Assembly (NCBI GenBank): GCA_041675265.1
Contig: JBAYUD010000005.1
Location: 11,222 to 75,221 of the forward strand
DNA length: 64,000 nt
DNA from: Desulfurivibrionaceae bacterium
GTDB taxonomy: Bacteria > Desulfobacterota > Desulfobulbia > Desulfobulbales > Desulfurivibrionaceae
Direction: 5' to 3'
Position 1 is the first letter of the stretch. Every line of letters begins with the position of its first letter. The notes under the pieces are model-generated. The model did not search any database, was not told the DNA's origin, and saw only the letters and a list, made by a program, of their open reading frames with translations. The translations under genes and the position numbers were made by a program. Shown in pieces: positions 20,071-29,859 of the stretch.

Positions 20071-21336
20071 ATGCCGCTTGTGCAACTGATACCCCTCGGG
20101 CTGGCCGTGCTGGGCAGCCCGCTTTTCGTGGTGATGGCCGCCCTGGCCCTGCTCTCTTTCCACGGCGCAGGCGTCGATCCCTCGGTGGTGATCATCGAGA
20201 TGTCCCGGCTGGCCGATACCCCCATGCTCCTTTCCCTGCCCCTGTTCATCCTGGCCGGGACCATCCTTTCCGAAAGCAAGGCGCCGGTGCGGCTGCTGGA
20301 TCTGTCCAACGTGCTGCTGGGCTGGCTGCCCGGCGGGCTGGCGGTGATCGCCCTGGTGGTGTGTTCGGTGTTCACCGCCTTTACCGGCGCCTCCGGGGTG
20401 ACCATCTTTGCCCTGGGCGGCTTGCTTTTTCCCGCCATGCTCAAGGATCGCTACCCCGAGCAATTTTCCCTGGGGTTGATCACCACCTCCGGCAGCCTGG
20501 GGCTGTTGTTTCCCCCCAGCCTTCCCCTGATCCTTTTCGGGGTCATTGCCGAGACCAGGATCGACCATCTCTTTCTGGCCGGGATTCTGCCGGGGTTGTT
20601 GATGCTGCTCCTGCTGGGGGCCTACAGCATCAAAAAAGGCACGGCCAGCCGCGGCTCCCGTCAGCCGGTGCCGAAGGGGGAAAGGCGGCGAGCCCTGCGC
20701 GCCGCGGCCTGGGAGCTGCCCTTGCCGGTTATCGTTCTGGGGGGGATTTACGGGGGGCTCTTTGTCGTGGGCGAGGCGGCGGCGGTGACCGCCCTCTATG
20801 TGCTGCTCGTGGAGATGTGCGTGCACCGGGATATCACTCCGGCACGGCTGCCTGCCATCGTGGTGCGGAGCATGGCCCTGTTCGGGGGGATCTTCGTGGT
20901 GCTGGCCGCTTCCATGGCCTCCACCAGCTTTCTCATCGATCAGGAGATCCCGTCCAGGCTCTTTGCCGTGATCCGGGAGCATATCTCGAGCAAGTACACC
21001 TTTCTTTTGCTGCTGAACATCTTTCTGCTCATGGTCGGCTGCCTGCTGGATATCTTTTCCGCCCTGGTGCTGGTGGTGCCGCTCATCGTCCCCATCGCCC
21101 AAGGGTATGGGGTTGATCTCACCCATCTGGGCATCATCTTTCTGACCAACCTGCAGATCGGCTACTGCACCCCGCCGGTGGGGCTCGATCTTTTTCTGGC
21201 CAGCTACCGGTTCGAGCGGCCCATTGCCGAGCTGTACACCGCCACTCTGCCATTCTTGGCGATCCTGTTCGTCACCCTGGGGATCATCACCTATTTTCCG
21301 CTGCTGAGCCTTTTTTTGGTCGGGCTGTTCGGGTAG
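20071..21336 (+). CDS. dctM: TRAP transporter large permease
   Basis: LSLPLFILAG, FTAFTGASG, SGSLGLLFPPSL, TPPVGLDLF. Confidence 0.93.
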   Translation: MPLVQLIPLGLAVLGSPLFVVMAALALLSFHGAGVDPSVVIIEMSRLADTPMLLSLPLFILAGTILSESKAPVRLLDLSNVLLGWLPGGLAVIALVVCSVFTAFTGASGVTIFALGGLLFPAMLKDRYPEQFSLGLITTSGSLGLLFPPSLPLILFGVIAETRIDHLFLAGILPGLLMLLLLGAYSIKKGTASRGSRQPVPKGERRRALRAAAWELPLPVIVLGGIYGGLFVVGEAAAVTALYVLLVEMCVHRDITPARLPAIVVRSMALFGGIFVVLAASMASTSFLIDQEIPSRLFAVIREHISSKYTFLLLLNIFLLMVGCLLDIFSALVLVVPLIVPIAQGYGVDLTHLGIIFLTNLQIGYCTPPVGLDLFLASYRFERPIAELYTATLPFLAILFVTLGIITYFPLLSLFLVGLFG

Positions 21337-21338
21337 CC

Positions 21339-22361
21339 TCAGCCCTGTTCTCCCGCAAGCCTGACGGGCCAGACGGAAAACGATTCCCCTTTTTTGTGGC
21401 CGACCCCCAGGGCCCCTTTGTGGAGATACAGCGCCCAGGCCCAGTCTGTTTCGAAAAAACTGGTGGTGGCTGACCAATACGCCTCGCGCACATGGAGGAA
21501 GGGGTGGCCCGCGGGCAGGGCCGGTTCCGCCTGGGAACAGTCCACCAGCGATTCCAGGGCGTTTATGTCGGGGAGCCGCCAGTCGCTGCTGCCGTGCAGG
21601 TTGCACCGGTTGATCTCGCCGATGAAATCCAGGGCCTGCGCCCAGCTCGTGGGGTTGCCTCCCAAATCCCCATCCTTGAACCAGATGAGTCGGGTCAGAT
21701 TGTCGAGCACCGTCTCGCCGAGATCGCTGAAGCGCGGCTGCGGCCAGGCGAGGCCATGCCGGTGGTCCCCGTCTTGGCCCGAGTTCGGGCAGGGGATTTC
21801 CCGGCCAAGGACATCGTGGCAGGTTATCTGTCCGGTTTTCGGCAACAGATCATATCCGCTGCCGCGCACCGGCCAGAACAGAGAGTCCTGGTCCTTGCGT
21901 CCGTAAAACATGCGGGCGCCTTCAAGGTGGATGCACCAGGCATAGGCCGGGTGGATGGCGGCCGTGGTGGAGGTCCAGTACCAGCCCAGAAAGACGTTGC
22001 TGAACGGGTGGCCTTCCGGCAGCGAGGGCTTTTTCGTCTGATAGCTCATGAGCGAGCGCAGTTCCCGGCGGTTTGGCAGCCGCCAGTCAGTAAACCCGCC
22101 CCACTTGCGGCGATTCATCCCACCGATGAAGGCGAGGGCTTCCTGCCAGGGCATGGGGAATTCACCCAGGTTGGCGTCCCTGGACCAGGTAAACCCGGTG
22201 AGATGGTCGAGAACGGTCTCGTTTTCCAAGGAAAATCGGGGCAGCGGCCATGGCAGGCCCAGACGGAAGTCCCCGTCCTGGCCGCTGCCCCGGCAGGGGA
22301 TAGCGGCGCCTTTTTCGTCGTAGCACTCGATTTGCCCGGTGTGCAATAATCCTGTTTTCAT
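21339..22361 (-). CDS. Tandem DUF1566 (Lcl C-terminal-like) domain protein
   Basis: Two repeats of TGQxxC..GQDGD..PRF..DxLTxLxW..DWRLPxxxEL..YWxxT. Confidence 0.85.
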   Translation of the reverse strand: MKTGLLHTGQIECYDEKGAAIPCRGSGQDGDFRLGLPWPLPRFSLENETVLDHLTGFTWSRDANLGEFPMPWQEALAFIGGMNRRKWGGFTDWRLPNRRELRSLMSYQTKKPSLPEGHPFSNVFLGWYWTSTTAAIHPAYAWCIHLEGARMFYGRKDQDSLFWPVRGSGYDLLPKTGQITCHDVLGREIPCPNSGQDGDHRHGLAWPQPRFSDLGETVLDNLTRLIWFKDGDLGGNPTSWAQALDFIGEINRCNLHGSSDWRLPDINALESLVDCSQAEPALPAGHPFLHVREAYWSATTSFFETDWAWALYLHKGALGVGHKKGESFSVWPVRLAGEQG

Positions 22362-22390
22362 GGGATATTCCTGGGCAGCAGGGGGGCTCG

Positions 22391-23053
22391 TCACTCTTCC
22401 ATCCTGCCGGTAAACGGGACAAAGGCCACGGAGAGGATGCTCCGGCTGGTGATCTTTTTGCCGGATTTTTCCACCAGCAGCAGATCCTGGGGCAGATGGG
22501 GCGGCCCCACCGGAATGACCAGCCTGCCGAAAGGGGCGAGCTGCTCGATCAAGGCTGCGGGAATCCTGGGCGGTGCGGCGGTGACGATGATCCCGTCATA
22601 GGGGGCATGCTCCGGCAGCCCGGAAGAGCCGTCGGAGGCAATGACCTCCACTCTGTCGTATCCCATCTGCCGCAAACGGCGGGCAGCCTGTCGCGCCAGT
22701 TCGGGAATGATCTCCAGGCTGTATACCTGCCTTACCAGCTGCGAGAGAACGGCGGCCTGATAGCCCGAGCCGGTGCCGATTTCCAGGATGGTGTCGTCCG
22801 GCTCCGGCTCCAGCAGGTCGGTCATCAGCGCGACGATGAAGGGTTGGGAGATGGTCTGGCCGTTGCCGATGGGCAGGGGGTTGTTGTCGTAGGCGTAGGG
22901 CTTGAGTTCGTCCGGAACGAACTCCTCGCGCCGCACCGTGGCCATGGCGTCGAAGATTTGCTGGCGCAAGGTGTAGCGGCCGGTGAGTCCGCCGGTAAAG
23001 CGGCATTCTTCTTCAATGGTGCGGAGCATGGCCTGGATCATCTTCGCGCTCAT
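22391..23053 (-). CDS. pcm: Protein-L-isoaspartate O-methyltransferase
   Basis: PLPIGNGQTISQPFIVA, LEIGTGSGYQAAVL, APYDGIIVTAA, VAFVPF. Confidence 0.95.
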   Translation of the reverse strand: MSAKMIQAMLRTIEEECRFTGGLTGRYTLRQQIFDAMATVRREEFVPDELKPYAYDNNPLPIGNGQTISQPFIVALMTDLLEPEPDDTILEIGTGSGYQAAVLSQLVRQVYSLEIIPELARQAARRLRQMGYDRVEVIASDGSSGLPEHAPYDGIIVTAAPPRIPAALIEQLAPFGRLVIPVGPPHLPQDLLLVEKSGKKITSRSILSVAFVPFTGRMEE

Positions 23054-23352
23054 GATCACCTCCGATCCACACAGGATGGATTTGACTGCACAAGAACAGC
23101 TCCTGTTTCCATGATTGCTCATTCGGCCAGCCCAAGTCAAAGATTTTATTGGCCGGGCGTGGGGATGATTCGCGACTCGGGATGGGGTGGGTCAGGAAGC
23201 CGTTGTAACAACGGAATGTCGTCATCCGGATGGTCAAGCAGGCAGAAGTTATTTCGGAACGGCTCTTAAAAGCTTGTGCCGCCCAAAAAATCAGATTAGT
23301 AGAAAATAGAGAGAGGGATTATTTTACTTCCACGAGGCGGGGACGGACAGTT

Positions 23353-24219
23353 ATGGAATTCATCATGATACGGGCCGGCTTTCTTTTCGACTGGATCGAA
23401 CTGCATGTGGAAAGCAAGCAGGGCTTGAAATTTTTCGCCACCGTGCTGGTGGGTTTCTTTATCTCGGCCATTATCCTCATCGAGTTGAACCGGCGGCATT
23501 TTGTGCCCGAGCCGTTTGCCTCGCATTTTTCCCATTCCCATCTCGCGGCCATCGAGCAGGCCTTCAACCTGCTGCTGGCCCTTGAGGTGGTGAGCCTTAT
23601 CTTCAGCCTCTCCCATTCGGTGACCAAGTCGGTGGGCAAACAGTTTGAGATCCTTTCCTTGATCCTGCTGCGGGACACCTTCAAGGAATTCGCCCATTTC
23701 AGCGAGCCGTTGGTCTGGGCGGAGATCGCGCCGTCCCTGGCAAGCATTGTCGCCTCCGCTGTCGGCGCCCTGCTGATCTTTATTGTCCTGGGCTTTTTTT
23801 ACAAGGCGCAACGCTCCCATCCCATTACTGCCGACGAGAAAATCCGCAGCCATTTCATTCTCGCCAAAAAGATGATCGCCCTGCTGCTGCTTTTTTCGTT
23901 CGCGGGCATCTGCGTGGTTGATCTCTGGGGGTATTTCGCCTTGGGGTTGCCGGAGAATGCCTTTTCCTCCTTTTATACCCTGCTTGTTTTCAGCGATGTG
24001 CTGGTGGTGCTCATTTCGCTTCGCTATAGCGCGCAGTACCAGGTGTCCTTCCGTAATTCCGGCTATGCGGTTGCCACGGTCCTTATCCGGCTGGCCCTGA
24101 TTGCGCCGATTACCCTCGGCGCGGTAATCGGGGTGGGCACCACCCTTTTTGCCCTGGGGATCAGCCTGGCTTACAATGCCTTTGCCCCCAAAGCGGAATC
24201 GCTCGAAGGCGTAACCTGA
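23353..24219 (+). CDS. Uncharacterised multi-pass membrane protein
   Basis: About eight hydrophobic segments, normal codon usage; start uncertain. Confidence 0.7.
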   Translation: MEFIMIRAGFLFDWIELHVESKQGLKFFATVLVGFFISAIILIELNRRHFVPEPFASHFSHSHLAAIEQAFNLLLALEVVSLIFSLSHSVTKSVGKQFEILSLILLRDTFKEFAHFSEPLVWAEIAPSLASIVASAVGALLIFIVLGFFYKAQRSHPITADEKIRSHFILAKKMIALLLLFSFAGICVVDLWGYFALGLPENAFSSFYTLLVFSDVLVVLISLRYSAQYQVSFRNSGYAVATVLIRLALIAPITLGAVIGVGTTLFALGISLAYNAFAPKAESLEGVT

Positions 24220-24327
24220 AAAAATCGCGCGCCGCAAATTTTACTGCGGGAAATTTCCGACTACTGTATATAACCAGGGAATATAATGTGATTTTTCCTG
24301 ATTTTTCTGGCGAGGAAGGGGAGTGTC

Positions 24328-24987
24328 ATGGGTATATGTCGTATAGTGCTGGCTGATGATCATGCCTTGATCCGGCACGGGGTCAAAAAAATGATCGAGG
24401 AGGATCCCGCTCTCAAGGTGGTCGGCGAAGCGGCCGACGGCCTGGAACTCATCGAGCTTTTAAAGACCACCCCGGCCGATCTGGTCATCCTCGATATCTC
24501 CATGCCGAATCTGCGCGGGATTGAGGCCATCCGGGAGGTGCGCAAGATCTGTCCGGCGATCAAGGTGTTGATGCTGACCATGCACAAGGGCGAGCAGTAC
24601 CTTTGCTCCTCCTTTGCCTCCGGGGCGGACGGCTACCTGCTCAAGGACGATTCCGACACCGAGCTGCTGCCGGCCATCGCCAGGGTGCGCCAGGGCGAGT
24701 TCTACATCTCCCCCAATCTGGCCGGGGAATTTCCCGAGGATGTCATCGCCTCCTGCCGCAGCCGCAGCGAGGGGTCCGGCGAAGTTCTCACCCCGAGGGA
24801 AAAGCAGATCCTCCAGCTGGTGGCCGAGGGGGTTACCAGCCGGGATATCGCCGACAAGCTCGACATCAGCAAGCGGACCGTTGAGCACCATCGGGCGAAC
24901 ATGATGAAAAAGCTCAATATCAAACGCGTGGCCGATCTCATCAAGTATGCCATCGGCAGGGGGCTTTCCGACACCCCGCCTGAATGA
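24328..24987 (+). CDS. NarL/LuxR-family response regulator
   Basis: REC (VLADDH, ILDISMP) plus LuxR HTH (LTPREKQIL..RTVEHHRANMMKKL). Confidence 0.95.
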   Translation: MGICRIVLADDHALIRHGVKKMIEEDPALKVVGEAADGLELIELLKTTPADLVILDISMPNLRGIEAIREVRKICPAIKVLMLTMHKGEQYLCSSFASGADGYLLKDDSDTELLPAIARVRQGEFYISPNLAGEFPEDVIASCRSRSEGSGEVLTPREKQILQLVAEGVTSRDIADKLDISKRTVEHHRANMMKKLNIKRVADLIKYAIGRGLSDTPPE

Positions 24988-25081
24988 GTCCGTTCAGCAC
25001 ACCTTTTTTTGTTTACATAATCTCGCAAAACCTTTGCCTCTTTTTATGATGCACTGCCGCATCCGCCACAGGAGAATGAGC

Positions 25082-27115
25082 ATGAAAAAAATCGTTGGTC
25101 TTTTTTGTTTGTTGCTGACTGTTTTTTCTTGGGTGGACCGGGGGCTGGCCCTGGATGCCCTTGAGGTGCAGGCCCTTCGCCAGCAAGCGAAGCTGAGCTT
25201 CCAGGCCCTGGAGGAAGGCAAGGTGCTGGTCTCGGTTCAGGACAAGGGCGGGGAGGCCATCCTGGGCTTGAAAAAAGAGGATTTTTCCATCAAGCAAGGG
25301 GTAAAGACCGCCAAGATCATTTCGGTGGAGGATGTCCAGGAGCAACGGAACATCGGCCTCAATATCGTGCTGGTGGTGGACAACTCCTATTCCATGGAGC
25401 AGCGCAAGGCGGTGGAGCCGTTGCTGGCGGCGATGGACAGCTTCCTTGCCCTGGTCCGGCCCATCGACAATGTCCATGTCGTCACCTTTGTCGATCCGGG
25501 CACGAAACAGCCCAGACTCTCCACCCGGACCTTTCAGGCCAGCGAGACGCAGGCCTTGAACCAATTTCTGCGGAGCAGTTTCTTCCCCGCCACCACGGAC
25601 GGCACCTATCTCTATGACAGCATGCACAAGGGGCTGGAGATCATCCGCCAGATGCCCGCGGACAGCCAGAAGTTCATGCTCGTTTTTTCCGACGGGGAAG
25701 ACATCAACAGCGAGCTCAAGAGTGAGGAGGTGGCGTTGGCGGCCAAGGGGGTGAGCAACTTCGCCGCCTATGCCGTGGACTACATGGACAAACCCGGTCT
25801 GGATCCCTTCCTGACCTCCTTTGCCCAAGGCCATAACGGCATGATCCGCAAGGCCACCTCGGCCAAGGATTTTCTGCCCATTCTCAAGAAATTCTCCACC
25901 ACCATCTTCCACCGTTACGTGGTCACCTACCGCTTTCTTGAGCCCCCCACCGGGACGCTCGCGGGCGCGCCTGGTGCGGTGAACATCGAGGAGGTCACCG
26001 TGGTGGACAGCTCTCCCATGCTGAACCACGTTTATTTCGATACCGGAAAAAGTCGCATCCCCGAGAGGTACGTTGCCCTGGCCTCGGCAGAGACCGCTGC
26101 CTTTGCCGAAGAGAAACTCAAGGACACCATGGAGAAACACCATCAGGTCTTGAACGTGATCGGCAAACGGCTGCTGGCCAACCCCGAGGCCAAGATAACC
26201 CTGGTGGGCTGCAACTCCAACAGCGGAGTGGAAAAGGGCAAGATTTCCCTGGCAAGGAGCCGGGCCGAAGCGGTGTTCGCCTATCTTGAATCCGTCTGGG
26301 GCATTGATATCTCCCGGATGGAAATCAAGGCCCGGAACCTGCCAGCCGTGCCCAGCTCCAGCCGGGTTCCGGAAGGGGTTGTCGAAAATCAGCGGGTTGA
26401 AATCCTTTCCACCCATCCCGCCATCCTCGACACCATCAAGAGCACCTATGTGCAGGAACAGGCCGACACCAAGGAGCTGCGGATCACTCCTACCCTGCGG
26501 GCCGAGGCCGGGATCGAACATTGGCGGATCAGGCTGCTGGGCGCGGACAAGGTGCTGGCAACCCAGGAGGGTGCGGGAACTCCGCCGGCGGAGGTTTCCT
26601 TTGCCCTGGCGCCGCTGGGTCTGCGCAACCTTGCCCAGTTGGGGCAGGTCAGCGCCGATCTTGAAGTGAAGGACAAGGAGGGCAACGTGTTCAGCACCGT
26701 CACCGCTCCGATCGCAATCAACTTTATCCGGCGGGAGGAACGCAGCGCCCAGAAAACCGAGAACAAGGTGATCGAGAAATATGGCTTGATCCTCTTTGAC
26801 TTTGACCGGGCCGACCTGAAGGATCGCAACCAGATCATCGTCAACCGGGTGCTCGCCAGGGTGGCGGAGCTCAAGGGGGTTGCCATGGAGATCGCCGGAC
26901 ACACCGATATCATCGGCACGGAAAAATACAACATCGAATTGTCCGGCCGGAGGGCAAGAGCGGTGTACGACACCACCATCCAGACCGGGATTGTCGCCGC
27001 CGAACAGATAAGCCATGCGGGCAACGGCCCCAACAACCCGCCCTATGACAACAGCCTGCCCGAGGGGAGATCGCTCAACCGGACGGTGATCATCAACCTC
27101 CTGTATACGGAGTAG
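25082..27115 (+). CDS. Exported VWA-domain / OmpA-like domain protein
   Basis: Signal peptide, MIDAS DNSYSM and FSDGED, two OmpA_C-like segments (VYFDTGKS..RSRAEAV..NQRVEI; LFDFDRA..GHTD..LSGRRA..NRTV). Confidence 0.85.
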   Translation: MKKIVGLFCLLLTVFSWVDRGLALDALEVQALRQQAKLSFQALEEGKVLVSVQDKGGEAILGLKKEDFSIKQGVKTAKIISVEDVQEQRNIGLNIVLVVDNSYSMEQRKAVEPLLAAMDSFLALVRPIDNVHVVTFVDPGTKQPRLSTRTFQASETQALNQFLRSSFFPATTDGTYLYDSMHKGLEIIRQMPADSQKFMLVFSDGEDINSELKSEEVALAAKGVSNFAAYAVDYMDKPGLDPFLTSFAQGHNGMIRKATSAKDFLPILKKFSTTIFHRYVVTYRFLEPPTGTLAGAPGAVNIEEVTVVDSSPMLNHVYFDTGKSRIPERYVALASAETAAFAEEKLKDTMEKHHQVLNVIGKRLLANPEAKITLVGCNSNSGVEKGKISLARSRAEAVFAYLESVWGIDISRMEIKARNLPAVPSSSRVPEGVVENQRVEILSTHPAILDTIKSTYVQEQADTKELRITPTLRAEAGIEHWRIRLLGADKVLATQEGAGTPPAEVSFALAPLGLRNLAQLGQVSADLEVKDKEGNVFSTVTAPIAINFIRREERSAQKTENKVIEKYGLILFDFDRADLKDRNQIIVNRVLARVAELKGVAMEIAGHTDIIGTEKYNIELSGRRARAVYDTTIQTGIVAAEQISHAGNGPNNPPYDNSLPEGRSLNRTVIINLLYTE

Positions 27116-27160
27116 TTTCCGGAGACGATACCTCCGGAAGCGGAGGCACGGAGTCCCCCC

Positions 27161-28924
27161 TCATTTCGCTCTATTTTCGGCGTGGTGCGGGGGGATTGTT
27201 CGTTCGGGGGCGCAGCCCCGTTTTTTGTCCTGTTGCAGCCGGGCCACGGCCTGCTCCCGCATCTTGTACTTCTGGAGCTTGCCGGTGACGGTCATGGGAA
27301 ACTCCTCCACCAGCCAGATGTAGCGGGGGATCTTGTAATGGGCGATCCGGCCCTCACAGAAGGCGCGGATCTCTTCCTCGGAAAGCGCAACGCCGCTGCG
27401 GGGTTTGATCCAGGCCATGATCTCCTCGCCGTAGAAATCGTCCGGCACCCCGAAGACCGCCACCCCGGCCACCTTGGGATGGGTGAAGAGATAATCCTCG
27501 ATCTCCCGGGGATAGATATTCTCCCCGCCCCGGATGATCATCTCCTTGAGCCTGCCGGTGATCCGCACATAGCCGTCCTGGTCCATCTTCCCCAGGTCGC
27601 CGGAGTGGAGCCACCCCTCCCGGTCGATGGCCTTGTCGGTCGCTTCCGGATCGTGATAATACCCCTGCATGATATGGTAGCCCCGAAAACAGATCTCCCC
27701 CACCTCGCCCAAGGGCAGGGTTTTGCCGGAGAAAGGATCCACCACCTTCACCTCCTGGTGGGGGAGGTTTCTGCCCACGGTGTTGATCCGCCGCTCCAGG
27801 GTGTCTTCCCTGGTGGTGAGATGGGTCAGGGGCGAGGCTTCGGTTTCCCCGTAGCCGATGAGGATCTCGTTGCAGTGGAGGTCGGTCATCACCCGCTGCA
27901 TCAGGGCAGGGGGGCAGGGGGCGCCGGCCATGATCCCGGTGCGCAGGCTGGTGAGGTCCAGTTCGGGAAAGCTCGGATGCTCCAGCTCGGCAATGAACAT
28001 GGTGGGCACCCCGTGGATACCGGTGCAGCGCTCCTGGGCTATGGCCGCAAGCACCTGGCCAGGGTCGAAATGCTCGCAGGCGATGACGATGCACCCCCCC
28101 ACCGAGAGGCAGAGCAGGTTGGCCAGCACCATGCCGAAGCAGTGGTAAAAGGGCACGGGCACGCAGAGCCGGTCCTGCTCGGTAAAATGCATGGCCAGGG
28201 CGGAGAAATAGGCGTTGTTCAGGATGTTGCGGTGGCTCAGGACCACGGCCTTGGGAAAGCCGGTGGTGCCGGAGGTGTACTGGATGTTGATGGGTTCGTG
28301 GGAGTCGAGTGTGGCGGTGCATGCGGTCAGGGCGGTGTCGCTCACCAAGGGGGCGTTGGCCAGCACTTCACCCCAGAGGATGAAGCCGGGGGCGGGCCGC
28401 TCGGTGTGCAGGGGATTTGCCGGATTGTAGAGCACCACCCGCCGGAGGAAGGGAAACTCCTTGGTGGCCAGGGTCTCGGGGGGGCAGCGGGCAAGCTCGG
28501 GAATAAGCTCGGTGAGCATGGCCACGTAATCGCTGGTCTTGAAGGAGGGGATCAAAAAAAGCCCCTGCACCTCCGAGCGTTGCAGGGCAAAGGCCAGCTC
28601 CCTGGCGCGGTAGGCGGGGTTGATGTTCACCAGGATGGCGCCGATCCGAGCGGTGGCAAGCTGGACCAGGAGCCACTCGATGTTGTTGGTGGACCAGACG
28701 CCGATCCGCTCCCCCTTGGTAAAACCGAGGCCCAGCAACCCCTTGGCCAGCCCGGCCACGGCGGCGTCAAGCTCCCCATGGGTGAGCCGCCGCCCTTGGG
28801 GCAGGGAAACCACCGCCTCCCGTCCGGGAAAGCGGGCGACGATTCCGGCCAGGTGGGCCGGGATGGTCTGTTCCAGCAAGGGCTGGGTGCCATGGGTGCG
28901 GCAGTAGCTGAGATGGTCGCTCAT
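27161..28924 (-). CDS. AMP-forming acyl-CoA synthetase
   Basis: YTSGTTGFPK, GYGETE, WLHSGDLG, GRLKEMIIRGGENIYP, GKLQK. Confidence 0.95.
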   Translation of the reverse strand: MSDHLSYCRTHGTQPLLEQTIPAHLAGIVARFPGREAVVSLPQGRRLTHGELDAAVAGLAKGLLGLGFTKGERIGVWSTNNIEWLLVQLATARIGAILVNINPAYRARELAFALQRSEVQGLFLIPSFKTSDYVAMLTELIPELARCPPETLATKEFPFLRRVVLYNPANPLHTERPAPGFILWGEVLANAPLVSDTALTACTATLDSHEPINIQYTSGTTGFPKAVVLSHRNILNNAYFSALAMHFTEQDRLCVPVPFYHCFGMVLANLLCLSVGGCIVIACEHFDPGQVLAAIAQERCTGIHGVPTMFIAELEHPSFPELDLTSLRTGIMAGAPCPPALMQRVMTDLHCNEILIGYGETEASPLTHLTTREDTLERRINTVGRNLPHQEVKVVDPFSGKTLPLGEVGEICFRGYHIMQGYYHDPEATDKAIDREGWLHSGDLGKMDQDGYVRITGRLKEMIIRGGENIYPREIEDYLFTHPKVAGVAVFGVPDDFYGEEIMAWIKPRSGVALSEEEIRAFCEGRIAHYKIPRYIWLVEEFPMTVTGKLQKYKMREQAVARLQQDKKRGCAPERTIPPHHAENRAK

Positions 28925-29859
28925 GATCTTGGTTGTTCCTGCTCGTGCTCCACGTGCTGCCAGTAACGATCCACCCCGGCCTGGATCTCCGCGATCATTT
29001 CCCGGTTTTCCCTCGGGGCGAAGAGATGGCGGAAGCGGCCCTGCGCCTTGAGGTATTCCCGCACCTCCAGCCTGGGATGCGGGATCTTGGTGTGGATTAC
29101 CGTGCCGTCCACATACTCCTTGAGGGGCCAGATCCCGGTTTGCACGGCGAGCTTGCCGATCTCCACGGTGGCGCTCGGCTCATAGTCCCAGCCGGTGGGG
29201 CAGGGGGCCAGGGCCAGGATCAAGCGGGGGCCGGTCAAGGATCTGGCCCGTTCGATTTTTCGGGCCAGATCCAGGGGCTCGGCCGCAACCACGGTGGCCA
29301 CGTAGCTCGGCTGGTGCGCGGCCCAGATGGTAAAGAGATCCTTTTTGTAGCCGGGGTACCCCTTGGGCCCCTTGCTGGTGGCGGTGTGGGCCGCGTGCGG
29401 CGTGGCCGGGGAAAATTGCTGGCCGGTGTTGCCGTACCCCTCGTTGTCGTAGCAGAGGTAGAGGAAATTAAGATTGCGGTCCATGGCCCCGGAGGTGGCG
29501 GAAAGCCCCATGCCGTAGGCGGAGCCGTCGCCGGTAAGCACCACCACCGCAAGGTCTTCCGCCTCGCTGATGCGTCCCTTTTTTTTCAGGATATCGAGCC
29601 CGTCCCGCACCCCCTGTGCCCCGGCCGGGGCGCAGGCCATGGCGGTGTAGAGCCAGGAGCCGCGAAAGGGGGTATAGGGGTAGACGGAGAGCAGGGTCAG
29701 GCAGCTGGCCCCATTGACGATGACGCATTTTTCACCCATGAGGTCGTAAACCTGATGCAGGGTGGCAAGACCGCCGCAGCCCGCGCACATGGGGGTTCCG
29801 GCGCCGAGGATATGGCGGGAGGGCAGATCCCTGAGGTGGTGGTAGTGTGTCTCGCTCAT
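28921..29859 (-). CDS. 2-oxoacid:ferredoxin oxidoreductase beta subunit (TPP-binding)
   Basis: CAGCG, GDGSAYGMG, YDNEGYGNTG, APCPTGW. Confidence 0.92.
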   Translation of the reverse strand: MSETHYHHLRDLPSRHILGAGTPMCAGCGGLATLHQVYDLMGEKCVIVNGASCLTLLSVYPYTPFRGSWLYTAMACAPAGAQGVRDGLDILKKKGRISEAEDLAVVVLTGDGSAYGMGLSATSGAMDRNLNFLYLCYDNEGYGNTGQQFSPATPHAAHTATSKGPKGYPGYKKDLFTIWAAHQPSYVATVVAAEPLDLARKIERARSLTGPRLILALAPCPTGWDYEPSATVEIGKLAVQTGIWPLKEYVDGTVIHTKIPHPRLEVREYLKAQGRFRHLFAPRENREMIAEIQAGVDRYWQHVEHEQEQPRS

